A DNA stretch of 62,309 nucleotides, the filler included, from Hausera hauseri (lineage: Eukaryota): NCBI GenBank assembly GCA_046269625.1. It is 13 parts of 13 records of this genome, joined end to end, with 100 filler letters (N's around TTAATTAATTAA, not from the genome) between each part and the next. Parts side by side here need not be neighbours in the genome. Positions count along the whole stretch, not along the records: positions 1 to 4,735 come from JBJURY010456579.1; positions 4,836 to 9,130 come from JBJURY010651330.1; positions 9,231 to 14,712 come from JBJURY010245182.1; 10 more parts are not named here. The stretch is one strand, 5' to 3'. Below the pieces are notes generated by a model. The model was not told where the DNA came from. It did no database searches and saw only the letters and a program-made list of their open reading frames with translations. This document shows positions 1 to 13,230 of the stretch, piece after piece. Each line of letters starts with the position of its first letter. The first letter of the stretch is position 1. Made by a program: the position numbers and the translations under genes.

Positions 1-1774
1 ATAAAATGTCACCACTGTGGAGATTCCAAAAGAGTCTCGAAATAATAGTTGTTAGTTGTGTGTGATTTGTGAATTTCATTGAATACGGCAAGTGAGAATC
101 GTTGTTCATTTACAACTATCTTTCGTAAAGTTAAAATCAGTTATACCGAGTTTGTACATCGTGGTTTCAGTAAAGTATTACAAAAGTACTAGAACTCACT
201 GGTCCAGGGGAATGTTTATGGGCAGGCATGAACATTCTTTGAATCTCATTAATGCAATACCGGTAATATTTTCAAGTGAAAATGTACCTCGATTGGCATG
301 TAATTGTTGAGTCGTCAATCAAAGGCAGTGCAGGTCGAGAACCAGGAATAACAATCCTGAATTGGGTATTTTCCACGTGCAGAATTACGTCACATGCCAG
401 GCTTAGAAACCTAACTGAGAAGTGAAATATATATTTCCTTAAGAAATTTCGAAGTGGTGACTTGATTATTAAGAAATGAAGAACAGCAGAGAAGAGTCAA
501 TTGACAGCTTTCTTTACATGCTTGTTGTATCATTCATTTTATAAATAAATCGCTCTCTGTTAATTTACGAAGAATTGTTAGCTATTTATTCCTAAGTGGG
601 CGTTGGTTAAGTCTGCGAGTAGAATTCAGTTCTATCAAACAGCTAACTTATATGGTTTAAGAGAAGGATAGAATTGTCCCGAGAGTTGATGTGCTGTTTA
701 TTGACTTGCTTTATCTAGCAGGTCTGATCTTGACTTTATTTTGACTGAGGTCTTGACGTATTGATCACTAGCACCCTAAATTATTAGTACCTTTTTCATA
801 ACAATCTCGGCCGCACAACCCTGGGTAAGATACCCATCTAATTCCACTGTAATTACACTTTCACTCTTTCGACAAGATCTATTCAGAGTGACTGGCCAAC
901 AAATTCTAGTAACACAACAAAACAGTGTTTTAATTACATATATGTGATTACACCAGTATATATATAAAGAGTTCAATTGTCTAAGTTCACTGTACTCTGC
1001 TACTTCATCCACAGTTCTGTGCACAATTTTATTGAAAATAGACAACGATAGCTTCTCGACAATTTCTTATAATCATGATCAACGTTCAATTGAATTACTT
1101 CAGAAAACTAAAGTTCATAGCACGTTCATGTCTTTACACCTTCTTGATACTAGTAAATTCTATTATTCGTAAGTCTTCACTGCCATCAAAATATACTATC
1201 TCGATAAATTTTTTTTCAACTTGATAATAATTTTTCCAAAATTGAATAACTGTTTTTTCTTACCGTTCTCGAGAATTTCCAATCACACATATACAACACT
1301 ATACTTCGAGATTCTTTTAGATTACTCGAAATAGGGAAAATTCGGCTCCACCATAATCTTATTGGAAAACCTTCTCTTTCTGAAGAATATCAAATTCCAT
1401 CAACACATAATTACACTCTGGAGGTAACTTGAACTAATCGCTCAGTCGTCATATACAACAATTCAGAAATCCTGCATCCTAAACTTGGATGTTGCATGAA
1501 CATCGTTTCGTCGACAGCAAAACACTTTTTCTGCTTTGCTGGTTTCGACCTTTCTTCATCTTCCCCTTGATTATATTCTTTTCCGTTTCTTGGTTGTCTC
1601 CCCTTGAGTTCAGTTAACTGAGTTATTCGACCTCAAATCTTTTTGTATTCGTAAATCTATCACAGTAATGCAGAGAACTTAGGTTTGCACGGTGGAGTTG
1701 TGGACGGCCTATTGAGAAGGGGGAATATTAATTTAAGTGATGTTTGTGACTAAGACCTCAGCTAACCGTCACAC

Positions 1775-1848
1775 CAGGAGAAACATTTCTAAGTGTTTCC
1801 ACCGGGATTTGAACCCCGCACCTCTAGTACTTTACACGGACGGACTAC
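1775..1848 (-). mobile_element. Partial tRNA-derived SINE head, inverted copy of the element at 3175
   Basis: The reverse complement AGTACTAGAGGTGCGGGGTTCAAATCCCGGTGGAAACACTTAGAAATGTTTCTCCTGG aligns with ~3214-3273 and contains the B-box GGTTCAAATCC. Confidence 0.65.
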
Positions 1849-2379
1849 ATTAGTAACATTAAATTCATAGAAAACTACCTGTAATAAAATCTTAGAAATA
1901 AACTAAAAGTAGTATACATGGTTCCGATGTCGGACAAGAAACTTTTGACTCAGCCGATTCCTTCATTGCTGATGATTCGGCCTCCGTATAGTAAAGGGAA
2001 CTCACTCACGCCTTGAAGACGTTTAAGAAAATGTGGAGTTAGTGCCCAGAATTTTCATTGGCAAACCACATGTCGCACGGACAACCACGCCAACATAAGA
2101 ATGTTAGAAGAGGGACTGTGGTATGACCGAAAACAACAAACGATGTGAAAAAAAAAAAAGAAAAAAATGGGCTGTAGATTCTTACCATAAGAATGTAGCA
2201 CCCACTCTGCAACGTAAAGTTAAAAATGCAAGAATAACACTTCAATGCTATCTAATGGAAAAATAATCTTAGGCCAGATGCGCCAAATATCAGACGTGAA
2301 CAATCAATCATGAACGTAGAAGCAGATAAAGTAGATGCTGCCGAACATATAACCAAATTGGATCAAAAGTCTCAGCGGA

Positions 2380-2690
2380 ATAAACATATGGCTGTGAGTT
2401 AACTATGTGAACATAGCAACAATACTACAAACGTCCATAAGATGACCCAAGCCCATAAATCTAGGATGCCTTGTTTCAATATGAACCAACTTCTCTCAGT
2501 GCACAATCAATCAAGAACATAAAACAGCTGAATTAGACGGCGGACATAATGAAACCGGACCAGAAGCTCAGACGAATAAACATACATCTGAGTAGTTGTG
2601 AGTTAACTATGTGAACACACGACGAGGATCGAACTGCAAGCAAGTGGTCAGGCGTCCCAAGCTCATAAATCAGGGATGCCATGTCTTGGC
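2380..2690. repeat. Diverged tandem duplication, ~195-bp period
   Basis: AAACATA..TGTGAGTTAACTATGTGAACA..CCCAAGC(C/T)CATAAATC..GGATGCC occurs at ~2380-2470 and again at ~2578-2680. Confidence 0.6.
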
Positions 2691-3174
2691 AGGAACGAAT
2701 TCTGTCAGAACAAGGAGAAGATAGCAGATTAAGAGAATTTACATATCCAAAGGGGGAATGAATCAATTGATGCCACAGCTTAACCTTGGCGTACACTAAC
2801 TCGGCCATTGATACGATGGATGCACATATTGGGAAACGAAGATAGCTAGTACAGAGAAAGGCAGAGTTGTCTTGTCTTGTCTTTGATCCATTTGTTGTTA
2901 AGAATTACACGCGGGCAGATGGAGCATGATTACCATGAAATAGGACAGACTGTGTTGTGTATATTAGCGTAACCATTTAGCAGCTGTTCATAGAACATTT
3001 TTGGAAATTACCATAATAAAATAAAAACTTAGTAGGCCCTATCGGTTACAGAATGCAGCAGGCTTTACTAAAAGGCATATTCAGTGCTCTCAAATTCATG
3101 TCTAGAAACAACATAGTAGCCTATCTGTGGCAATACGTTAGTTCTATTGCCTTCGATGCACCACCTTTGATTTT

Positions 3175-3645
3175 AATTAGGCTTAGCGGTCTTGAAGGTA
3201 GGCAATCTGACTCGAGTGCTAGAGGTATGGGATTCAAATCCCGATGGAAGCTCTTAGCAATTTTTTCACCTGGAACTGAGCCGGATGTGCAGTGTAGGTG
3301 GCGACCCATAGCCGAACCTGATACGCAGTGCCAGGGCTGACGAACAATAGTCAGCCAAGATCCTCAGCTAGACGTCTCCGTTGTCATCCCAGGCAATGGT
3401 AGGGAAACCTGCCGGCTAATCGGTGGAGGCTCGAGATGGTTCCCTTTTGAGAGGTGGATCACTTCTAAGAGGCGAGGCATTGCAGTGAAGCCAATAGACC
3501 TCGTTTCACCCTCTTAGATACCACTGAGACAGCAGGAAAGCTCCACGCCACTACTCCATTGTCCTCCTTAGGACCACAGCCCTTATCAGGGCTCACCCAG
3601 AAGAACTGACGTTCGGTGATGTGAAGAACATCAATTAATCAATCG
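3175..3645 (+). mobile_element. tRNA-derived SINE
   Basis: A-box-like TAGGCTTAGCGG (3178), B-box GGATTCAAATCC (3230), GC-richer body and a short (AATC)n-like tail near 3630-3644; a second head copy lies at 1775. Confidence 0.6.
3333..3428 (+). ncRNA. Putative degenerate HDV-like self-cleaving ribozyme
   Basis: Elements in the expected order: P3 ACG / L3 TCTCCGT / P3' TGT, P1' CATCCCA, GG (P1.1), P4 GGTAGG-GAAA-CCTGCC, then GG-C-TAA (catalytic C3416). P1 and P2 pairing is imperfect. Confidence 0.5.
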
Positions 3646-4735
3646 ACTGGAACGTATAGTATAAAATCTTTCCTGATCTCTGGGTAGTGAGATCGGTCGT
3701 CCGTGTAATTTTGTCGCGTACGTTAAAAATCCCTTGGCTGTTGGAACGTTTAAAAAAGTAGGACTAAAGGACGCTGTCGCCGGAAAATTCTAGGAAAAAT
3801 CTACGCAACTTACAGGGTCCTCGCAGTTTCAACTGAATAAGTGCACTGAGTTGAGATCCTTTAGCTTGGAGGTGAACAAAGAACATATGGATACATAACC
3901 CTGTAAGAAGTTATTGACACTTCGACTAAACCAAACTAAACGTTCAAGGCTCTTTAGTTTCTACTCTGACAATACGGGAAACACGAGTGATTTTAAATTT
4001 TATTCTGCATAAACCCACCTTTTTCCTATTTTGATAGTTACTGAGTTTATTGTGAATACACGAATGCACAGAAAAGATTGAGTGAAACAGAATGTCGGAA
4101 AGGGTTACGAAGATAGCAAAGTTTCCGACTGTAACATCAGTTTAAATTGCATTTTAATTTGGACTTGTACACCAGACATATTGTACCCCATCGAGAATTC
4201 TTAAGTCACGTCAGAAATGTAAACATGCTACTGCATTTTTCTGTTTAAGCCATGAAGAAAATTTCAGTAAAATTTAATATGTGAAAGAAACTGCGAGAGT
4301 TTTTGTTGCAGCATATCGGACATATCTTTCCATTAAATCGCCTGCTTAGGGGAATTCACCACCTGAAATGTGCAATCATTCAATTACTGAACCAATTAAA
4401 ATCCACTTAAAAGAAAGAAAATAAATTCATTCAAAACCAAAACGTCTTGTATCTTTTTTCAGCTATTGATGACACATTTTTAAAGACATGACCTAGATAT
4501 TTTAAACAGCTGTTTATCCTGGTTAAATACGCAGCGAATCAAAGTTTTTGGCTCTGGAGTTATTTCATTTCATTTAAAGGCAAGAGGCCAACCTAATCTG
4601 ATGCTGTTGATCTGAATTTGCTCTGATTTGATTGGAAGATAAAAAATAATAAAATAAACATCGTAGAAGATGAAAGATGGCTCAGCATATCGGGCAACAG
4701 AAATTTAGTTCTGCTTGCTTTATGCACTGTGATTT

Positions 4736-4835
4736 NNNNNNNNNNNNNNNNNNNNNNNNNNNNNNNNNNNNNNNNNNNNTTAATTAATTAANNNNNNNNN
4801 NNNNNNNNNNNNNNNNNNNNNNNNNNNNNNNNNNN
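4736..4835. other. Artificial contig spacer N44-TTAATTAATTAA-N44. Also at 9131, 14713, 18774, 23400, 27689, 31830, 35903, 42956, 47921, 53460 and 57769 (100 bp each)
   Basis: Identical 100-bp linker with stops in all six frames, occurring 12 times; sequence content changes abruptly across each one. Confidence 0.98.
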
Positions 4836-6460
4836 ACACGAGTCTTGCAATCGAAGTTAATTGTAAACGAAAACATCAAGAGATGGAAGAAAAGAGAGTC
4901 AGAAAAGAGCAGGAGAGATAAGCTTTAGTTTCTACTAGCAGTATGTCGTTGAACAAATCAGATGAGGAAAGGGAAACCGGTGCTGACATGGATAGCAATG
5001 ATGAACAGTGTGATATGAGAGCAAGCACTTCTCAGCAAAAAGAAGTCACTATCGAAAAACGCGTGTAGGTACGACAGCATTCATTCCTTCAGATATTTCA
5101 AAGCGACCAAGACTTGTTTCATTGGTTATTGGATGAAAGATGTCAGCAGGAGATGAAGCATGCTTTATAGAAACTGTAGTAAAAAAGCTGTTTAAGTAAC
5201 AGAAGAACGGCTTGTTGTTGTGGTTGGCGATGTAGAAAATTTAAAGTTACTGGAAGTCCTTCACTATGCAGTTGGCAGTGATGACTCTTTTGAAAAAATA
5301 ATTTCAAACTTGACCTGAAACTTGCTCACATTTTGGCGTTGCAGTGATTCTGTTGTAAACATCTAACACTGGACGCATATTCAGACTGGTCTGCTTGTAG
5401 ACATCATATTGCGGAAGTGCTGCTGTCGCACGTTTTTGCTGATCTCAATATTGAAGCGTCTAGATCTCCTGACATTTAAATTTTCAGCAGATTTTGTAAG
5501 CACTTTCACAAAGTACCACAATCGTACAATCTGTCGCAACTGGCAATATTTGACATAAAAATGCATAGCGATGAAGCTCGGCAATTTCTGGAACAATATC
5601 GGCTGAAAGTTCGTGAGACTTTAAGTCAGGTATTACAGTTCACAAGAGATGACTACAAAAAGTTAATAAATCTATGTGATGTGTTCTTGAACACAGAAGC
5701 AAGTGATAAAGTTGTGACCTTCAAAAGACCCGGAGCCATCCACAAAGCAAGATGGATATCAAAGATGTTATATTCAGTTAGATGTGCTTGTTGCAAGAAG
5801 AATTATCGAAGAAAGCAAACAGCACCATTGTAACACAGCAGCAAATAAAGAATCTCAGAGAATTTTTGTTTGCAACTATCATTTGACATGATAGTGGCTG
5901 ACATGCAATTCTGCTGCTAATGTTCCTTAGAACGATTTACAGCTTGACTGACAAATTTTGGGGTACGAAATGGTCAACTCCAAGATGTCAAAGAGTGCAT
6001 TTCGTTCCCTTAGTCGACATCAGTGGTATCTCACTGAGGAACTGATCCCATTTGCTCTATTTAGTACTCGTATATCAGTTAGGGATAAGCGTCAGTTGGC
6101 TGATAAACTTCTAACTTTGAAACCAGAACTTCATGACAAAGTGCTGCATAAACGTTTTGGTTCTAGTTACGGAATACCGAAGTTTCATCATGAAGTATCA
6201 ATATCTACAACACTCGCAGATTTGGCAGGTCGCGATTCCTGATAGACATTGAGTTGCTTGCATCTAGAGCCAAGTTTTCTCGCGGAAGATGTTGATGCAT
6301 GGCCTAATTCAGAAGCAAGAATTGCTAGCAAGTTGTAAATGATGAGGCCGAACGAGGCGTGAAACTGAGTGGGGATTGTGTTCAAACTACTAAAGAACGT
6401 TACCAAAATATCTTGCTATAGACGCAAGATCCTTGTTTGCGAAAAAGAAAGCAATGAGGC
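4836..6460 (+). pseudogene. Degenerate DNA transposase of the invertebrate family with PGAxHxARW / HxWYLxEE / VNDxAERGV motifs; superfamily uncertain
   Basis: FKRPGAIHKARWISKMLY, HQWYLTEELIPFALFS and VVNDEAERGVKL (~6332-6367), with many stops and frameshifts. Confidence 0.75.
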
Positions 6461-8499
6461 ACTGAGTTATAAAACTGGTACACGTTTGATTTACTACATG
6501 AAACTGGTCTAATAAACACCGAACTTGCTTTTTTTATTATTTCTGGTAGTGGTTACAAAACAAATGTTTCGTGTCATGACTTGTATTCTGATAAGCTTAT
6601 TTTCAAAGCTAAATGCATATGCAAAAATTTGACACCGAAGTGGATCCAATAAACATGAAATAAATTTGAAAACCTTCAGCAAGATATTTAGTCCAATAAA
6701 AGTAAGAAATTGAATTTAGGAACATGTGGATTCAAATAAATTTTTTTTTCTATTGGCTTTATTTGACATTTTTCAATTATCCAATGAATATTATCTTCAC
6801 ACATTATCGGAGAAAAGTCACAAAAGGAAAGTCTGTCCATTTAGATAGTAAATAATTTGTTTGTCTGACCAGTTATCAGTTAGAAATCCTTTGATAAATT
6901 CAACAAAGGACAAACAGTATATACAGTTCGAAATTGTGTGTCCGAGCACTTCTTTCGGAATGTCCATCTCGAGGCGGGGAAGGAGACACGCCCATCGTTC
7001 ATCATTTGGGCTATGCAACAATCAAAAATTTTATCAGGCACACAATCAGCAGTCAAGAAAATGAAGGGACAAAAATCATAATTATCATCATTTAATTGTC
7101 TCTGGTTTTCTAACGTCCAACATTTCAGCGGCATATTCACAGAGAAACTCATATTTGGTATATCCAACAAATCTGAAACCATCACTCTGTCAGTTATTAG
7201 TTAAACCATTATTTCGCAGCCGAATAAAACGAACTATTCGAACAGTTTATTTACCTTATTGAAATTCGATTCCAAATTGGGTTGCAAAGAACATACTTTC
7301 ATCAGGCTCCGTCCAACTGGAAGAATATTTGCCAAAGAACTGCCGAGATCGATTTTATAGTTATACTTTTACAACCAGTCATCAAAATCAATAGTCATCT
7401 GAAACTCATGAGCAACGCGAATTAACTGAGGATATCGTTTATCTATAATTTCACATCTCATTCCCAATTCGAGATCTGTCCACCAATTATTTCGCTAAAC
7501 CAAATGAAATTATTAATACAACCATACAGAAGATAACGAACAGGGATTTTAGAACCTATAATCGATAGACTTACTTCTAGGAAAGCACTTTTGGGAACTG
7601 ATTTAGATTTGGTAGATTCAAGATAACTATCCCAATTAAATAAACTGAAGTCATGACCGTAAGAAGAATTAACAGAAAGAACCTTCTCATTCTCCTACAG
7701 TGGCGTTCTCAGTGGAGAATTACAATGATACCACATATCGAAATGTACTAAATCATAATCATCGAAGACATCTTTTCGACAACAATATATATCATTCCAA
7801 AATTGCGCTTATCGAACGCTTATAATTTTTGTTCAACTTGGAATTTATTGCAAAATGACGATATATTTGAGGAAATTGCAAAGCATCCTTCATTTGATTT
7901 GGTTTTTCGTAAGTAGAAATTCCAACAGAAAGTAGTATTTAAATATTCTTTCGGCGGTTGCAGTTTCCGACTGTTTTTTAAACACCACACGACCGGGAAA
8001 ATCAACTGAGGATCTACCATTGCCCAGAAATTACATTGTTCCGTATAACTAACAAATGGAGTATTATGTGCCAACCACAGATTTCTTATTACTGTTGAAC
8101 TTTAAGGCGAACTATATCCTCATTACTTTTAAAATTTTATTTTTTTATTTTTTACACTGTTCGGCTTCAACTTCCCGAATATTAAAACAAAATGTTTGGC
8201 AGAAAAAGACGGTATATTTTTATAAGATCGGGCAAATCATGCCCTTGTCCACCAAAACCACACAGGTAATATTTATATACAATGATGCATTGTATCGGGT
8301 AAAAAATACTTTTCTTGTATACGTTTAGATTCTATAAAGTGCAAGAAGAGCTGAAATCCTGTAGTCTCTTGATTTTTCAGAAATTTCTCAATGTCTTTCA
8401 TTTCGTTCGATTTAGTCAAAACAACATCGGCGCGTTGGTCACAAAATGGTAAGGAAATGTAATGGAGGAACATATGATTTATGAAAAGGACCGCAATCA

Positions 8500-9130
8500 G
8501 GTTTGTTAATGCACGATCAATATCGAATTCAAATAAAACAACAAACGCGTAATTTTGATACAAACAAAGAGCATTATGGACGCATCATTTTGTAAATTAG
8601 CAAAAGGAAATTACCTTAGTATAAGTTCTGTCATGATCTGGGACGTGCCAAAAAGTTTGATTGTTATTTAGTGTTAGCAAAAAGCGGCATATTTAATTTG
8701 ACTTCAGGAAAAAGATAGGCAAAATATGTTGAAACTAATTTTGAGCAGACTAATGTAAATCAAATACCCGACATTAGAACTCCTACCATCGTAATGTCCG
8801 CAAAACTAGAAGGGGGTGTAAAATTCATACAGCAAGAGCCTACATTTAAATGAGGAAAACATTGTACTCGACTAATTATCCACCTTGTTATATCACAGAG
8901 GCAGAAATACCTGATGGAGATAACTTACCAGTCGATATTAAAAGCTTCTTAAATTTACGAGATCACTTCAATATCCGCGATAATACTTTGTTTTACATAA
9001 CCCGAAAAACCATTGATGAAATGTATACAGAAATTATAGAAAATTTCTGCAAAGTTAATTTAGAAACATTAAGAAACAGACTTGCTATTCTAGCAACCAA
9101 TTCAGAAATGGCTGCATAACAATGTCACTA
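8500..9130 (+). pseudogene. Possible Helitron/PIF1-type helicase remnant
   Basis: Only weak motif similarity (IDEMYTEI..LRNRLAILATN resembles LIxxVY..RAILAPTN). Confidence 0.25.
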
Positions 9131-9230
9131 NNNNNNNNNNNNNNNNNNNNNNNNNNNNNNNNNNNNNNNNNNNNTTAATTAATTAANNNNNNNNNNNNNN
9201 NNNNNNNNNNNNNNNNNNNNNNNNNNNNNN

Positions 9231-12200
9231 CTGCGTGCAAGTTGATTTCTCGTTTAAAAACAATTTCAAACGGTGAGTGTCCCGTCTCAAAGCCAGTAGC
9301 TTGCTCGTCTAGTTGCCCATTGCAAATCCATCTGAAATTTTCACAGAAGCTGACCCATACACCTCCCTCTACTCTGCAATACTCAAACTTACTGATCATT
9401 CTATAGACCTAATAATTCAAAAATACTTCAGTGACAATACCTTGGGCAATGCCAAACCCTCAGACTTTCTTTGAACTTCTTTATAGCAACTGAGCACGCT
9501 AGGAGTAACACAATCAACCAATTCCTATCTCTTAAGACGCTACTTTCTGCAATCCTTGCCCAAGGAAATTTGAGCTCTTCTAACTATCGTGGACGATAGT
9601 GCGTCACTGGAAAAATTGGCACAATTAGCTGACAAAAGCTTTGATATGCTACACAGTCAAAATCAACCCACAATTGCAGCAACACTGACAACACCAACAA
9701 TACACAATCAAAACACAATAACAAACATCGATAATCAGCTTCAATCATTGAACATATAAAATGTCGCACTACGACAAGCAATCACAGCCATCACATATAA
9801 GCTCAATCAAATTACAGTACCACGCAGATCTTTTTCTGGGAATCAACAGCTCCCCATAAGATCGAATTGTTCTTCGCGCAATATTTCTCCTGTGCGCAGT
9901 CCGACCTGTTTTTTTTCACTCGAAATTTAAGTAGAATGCAAAAAAATGCTGCATAGGATGCAGATTTTACAATCAAAGCTTTATATCAAATGACGCCGTC
10001 TGCATTTATCACAATAAATTTCGCGACAATGCTCGCAAGTGCATACAAGGCTGTAAATTTTACAATTCTTCGCCACAGTCACACTCAACAACGCCTTCAA
10101 AAAACTAACCACGCCACCGGAAGACACGGCAAATTCTGGCCAAGGCTCAAACGCTTCATTAAACAGCCGTAATGCATTCTTTGCTGAGTTCACACTGCAA
10201 GCTACCATTACGTATAAATATTCTTCCATCTTTTTCCTCATTGATATTGGAGCTGCAGTCTCACTTTTTCCTCTTTCTTATGAATCGAAAAAATCTTCTT
10301 CAATCAGTAAACCTTTATTTACAGCCAATTGTGAACCGTTGCAAACCATTGGCACAGCAAATCTTTCCTTTTCTCTATCAAGTTTCTCTGAATCTTTTTC
10401 TTGGAAATTCATAATAGCCAATGTGCAAAGTCCAATCCTTGGATCAGACTTTCTTTCACATTACAATTTACTAGTCGATTGTAGACAGCGTCGTTTGATT
10501 TGAAGCCCTTCCTCCAAAATTTTATCAGTTTCATCGGTTTTACATTCAATTTCACCAGCGTGCGATTCATTTATAAGACCGAATATCAAATCAATTTTAA
10601 AAAGTAAAAATTTTGTAAATAATCTTGTACATTATGATTCTTTGAATACTTATATTTCGAGCGTTGGGAGTAATGAGTCTTCCTCTTCAGAAAACATCAT
10701 CTCAAAAACCACCGTACCCAATGATCAAGTGTCCATGTCATCATCATCCTTCATCCAACTCTTATCCGATCTTCAAGCATTTGTCACTACTCAATACCCA
10801 AGAACTCTCAAAAAATCCATTCTTTAAGCCTTGCCCCAACACATTTCACCACATTGTTACCTCTCGTCAATGTCCAATTCAGCAGAAAATTCGACCTCTT
10901 TCACCACGCCAGAGAAAAGCCGTTGCTGAAGAATTTCAGACTTTAGAGACCTCTTGCATCATCAGACGTTCCAAATCACTATAGGCATCACCATTACACG
11001 TCGTGCCCAAGAAGGACGGCACCTTCAGACCTTGTGCTGGCTATCGCCAACTAAACACCATTACAATCATGGAAGCATATCCATTGCCTCGAATCAACGA
11101 CATCTTGCACAAACTGCATGGTAAAACAATTTTTTCGTCCATCAATCTCCATGAGGCATATCACCAAATTCCTGTCGCCCCGGCTGACATACCGAAAACA
11201 GCTGTAATAACACCATTCGGTCTTTTCGAGTATGTCTATATGCATTTTGGGCTTCATGGTGCCTCAAGACTTTCCAAAGACACATTGATACAGACTCTGC
11301 TTTCCCATATATAGATGACATTCTTATCCCTTTGTCATCCCCAAACAGCATGCCAAGCACTTGCGCATAATTTTTAAACGCTGGTACCAGAACAACCTTG
11401 AAGTAAACTTTGCGAAATGCTGTTTTTTCAGCATAAAATCAACTTTTTGGACACGTTATTACCCAATCTGGCCATTCTCCGCAGCAAGATCAGATCACTC
11501 AACTCAAAAATGTCCAACTACCACGCACATCAACAGAAATGCGCTCCTTCCTGGGAACACTTCACTTCGTGCACAAGTATGTGTCTCAGTGTTCAACACT
11601 TACGGCACCATTCGCCTCGCTCAGCTCCGGTAAGACAAAACAGCTTATTCACTTGACTGCTGACTTAGTCAATTCTTTCTAACTCCTCAAGGATAGATTA
11701 AAAACTGTGGAAATCCTTGCATACCATGATCCACATTCGGAACTTTTCTTAACAATTGACGCCTCCACCACAGTAGCAGGCGCAGTACTGCATCAATTGA
11801 AGAACGGTTCCTATGAACCCCTTGAATTCTTCTCACGAAAATTCTCGAAAGTCAAACAACGCTACTCGACGTTCGACAGGGAACTTCTCGCAATGGTCCT
11901 AGCATTAAAGCATTTCAAACATCTAATTTCACGCACATTCATTATTCAAACGGACCACAAGCCTCTATTTCATATTCCCACCATGAAATCTCCATCTCCA
12001 CGTTAAGAGAGACAGATTTCATATCTCTCAACGTTCGCGTTTGAAATAGAACATATTTCAGGGGTTGACAATTTAGTGGCTGATTTTTTGTCGCGCTCCG
12101 TCGACTCTATCACCTTTGCACCCATTTTTGATAGTGAGTTACTCCGACGGAACCTGCCAGACGAGTCTATTTTCTTCGCCTTCAAATCTTACAAAATTAT

Positions 12201-13230
12201 TGACGGCGTAGCTTTGGACACCTCTAATTCTGGGTTTACTAAAATTATTTTATTACCTTCTTTGCAAAAAACTGCTTTCACCAATATCCATTCTTTGCGT
12301 CATCCAGGATCCAAAGCTACTTATCGCCTTCTTAAACGCCAAGTGATATGGCCATCAATGAGAACAGATGTGCAGGATTGGGTTAGAGAGTGTGTGGCAT
12401 TCCAGAAGTTTAAAGTAGCCAAACATCTCAAGCCGCCACTCTATTATTTTCCCTGCATATCGCGTTTCGACACCATCCACATCGACATAGTCGGGCCTCT
12501 TACACCTGACAACGGCCGTCAATTCATTCTCACAATAATGGATCGTGCTTAAGATGGCCAGAAGCCATTCCACTTCACTCAACCAACACTGGGACCATTG
12601 CAGATGTCTTCATACGCACATGGCTCAGCAGATTCGGCTCACCTAAGCACATAATCACTGTTCAAAGCCCTCAATTTGAGTCGAATCTATTCAAATCATT
12701 AGTAAATCAACTGGGGATCAAGCATATTCACATAACACCTTATCATCCTCAGTCGAATGGGCTACTGGAGCGTTTTCGTCGTACTATGAAAATCTCCCTT
12801 AAAATTCTAGCCGACTCCAATCAACACTGGGTAAACCTTATTCCTTACGTTCTACTGGGATGGCGGAACACCTCATCCACAACCACTGGCTGCTCTCCGT
12901 TCGAGGCACTCTTTTGTACACAAGTGCGTGCACTGTTCGAGTTGGCGGAGTGCGATGAAACACCCACTGACGAAACAATCCGGGAAGCGCAGGAGCACTT
13001 TGTTGCGCTAAATAGCGATTCTTTCTGCAGAATTCTAAATCACAACAAAGCATACATACCCGACCCTCTATATGTAGCCAAATTTGTCTGGTGTAGAATC
13101 CAGAGTCGCTTGGGTTCCAACCTCAGTACATTGGGCCCTTTAAGTTAATTCGTCTGAACTCACATACTGCTATAATCCTCGACAACGGCAAAGAATGCTT
13201 GGTGCACATCACTAACATCAAACCAGCATT
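9231..13230 (+). mobile_element. Degenerate Ty3/Gypsy LTR retrotransposon gag-pol (PR-RT-RH-IN)
   Basis: Protease FLIDIGA..PILGSDFLSHYNLLVD (~10235-10480); RT VPKKDGTFRPC..YPLPRI..YHQIPV..TAVITPFGLFEY and YIDDILI (~11308); RNase H DAS..PLEFFSRK..YSTFDRELLA..TDHKPL; integrase H..HPG..C and IHIDIVGPL..YHPQSNGLLER. Multiple stops and frameshifts. Confidence 0.95.

Noticed and set aside
1-1700. Coding-like minus-strand sequence and a purine tract GAGAAGGGGGAA (~1714) as an LTR element with PPT
   Set aside because: No recognisable protein motif and no LTR pair is visible.
3175-3250. tRNA gene
   Set aside because: A and B boxes are present but there is no convincing cloverleaf; it is better explained as a SINE head. 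The same applies to 21230-21300.
4780-4791. Recurrent TTAATTAATTAA palindrome as a biological repeat or CRISPR-like array
   Set aside because: It is always centred in identical N runs and is an artificial stop linker.
6800-7800. Degenerate coding-like region
   Set aside because: No motif could be assigned.
9231-13230. TGG>TAG/TGA and CAA>TAA stops as APOBEC- or RIP-like hypermutation, or as an alternative genetic code
   Set aside because: Frameshifts are also frequent and the stop types are mixed; ordinary transition-biased decay is sufficient without a consensus-based spectrum.
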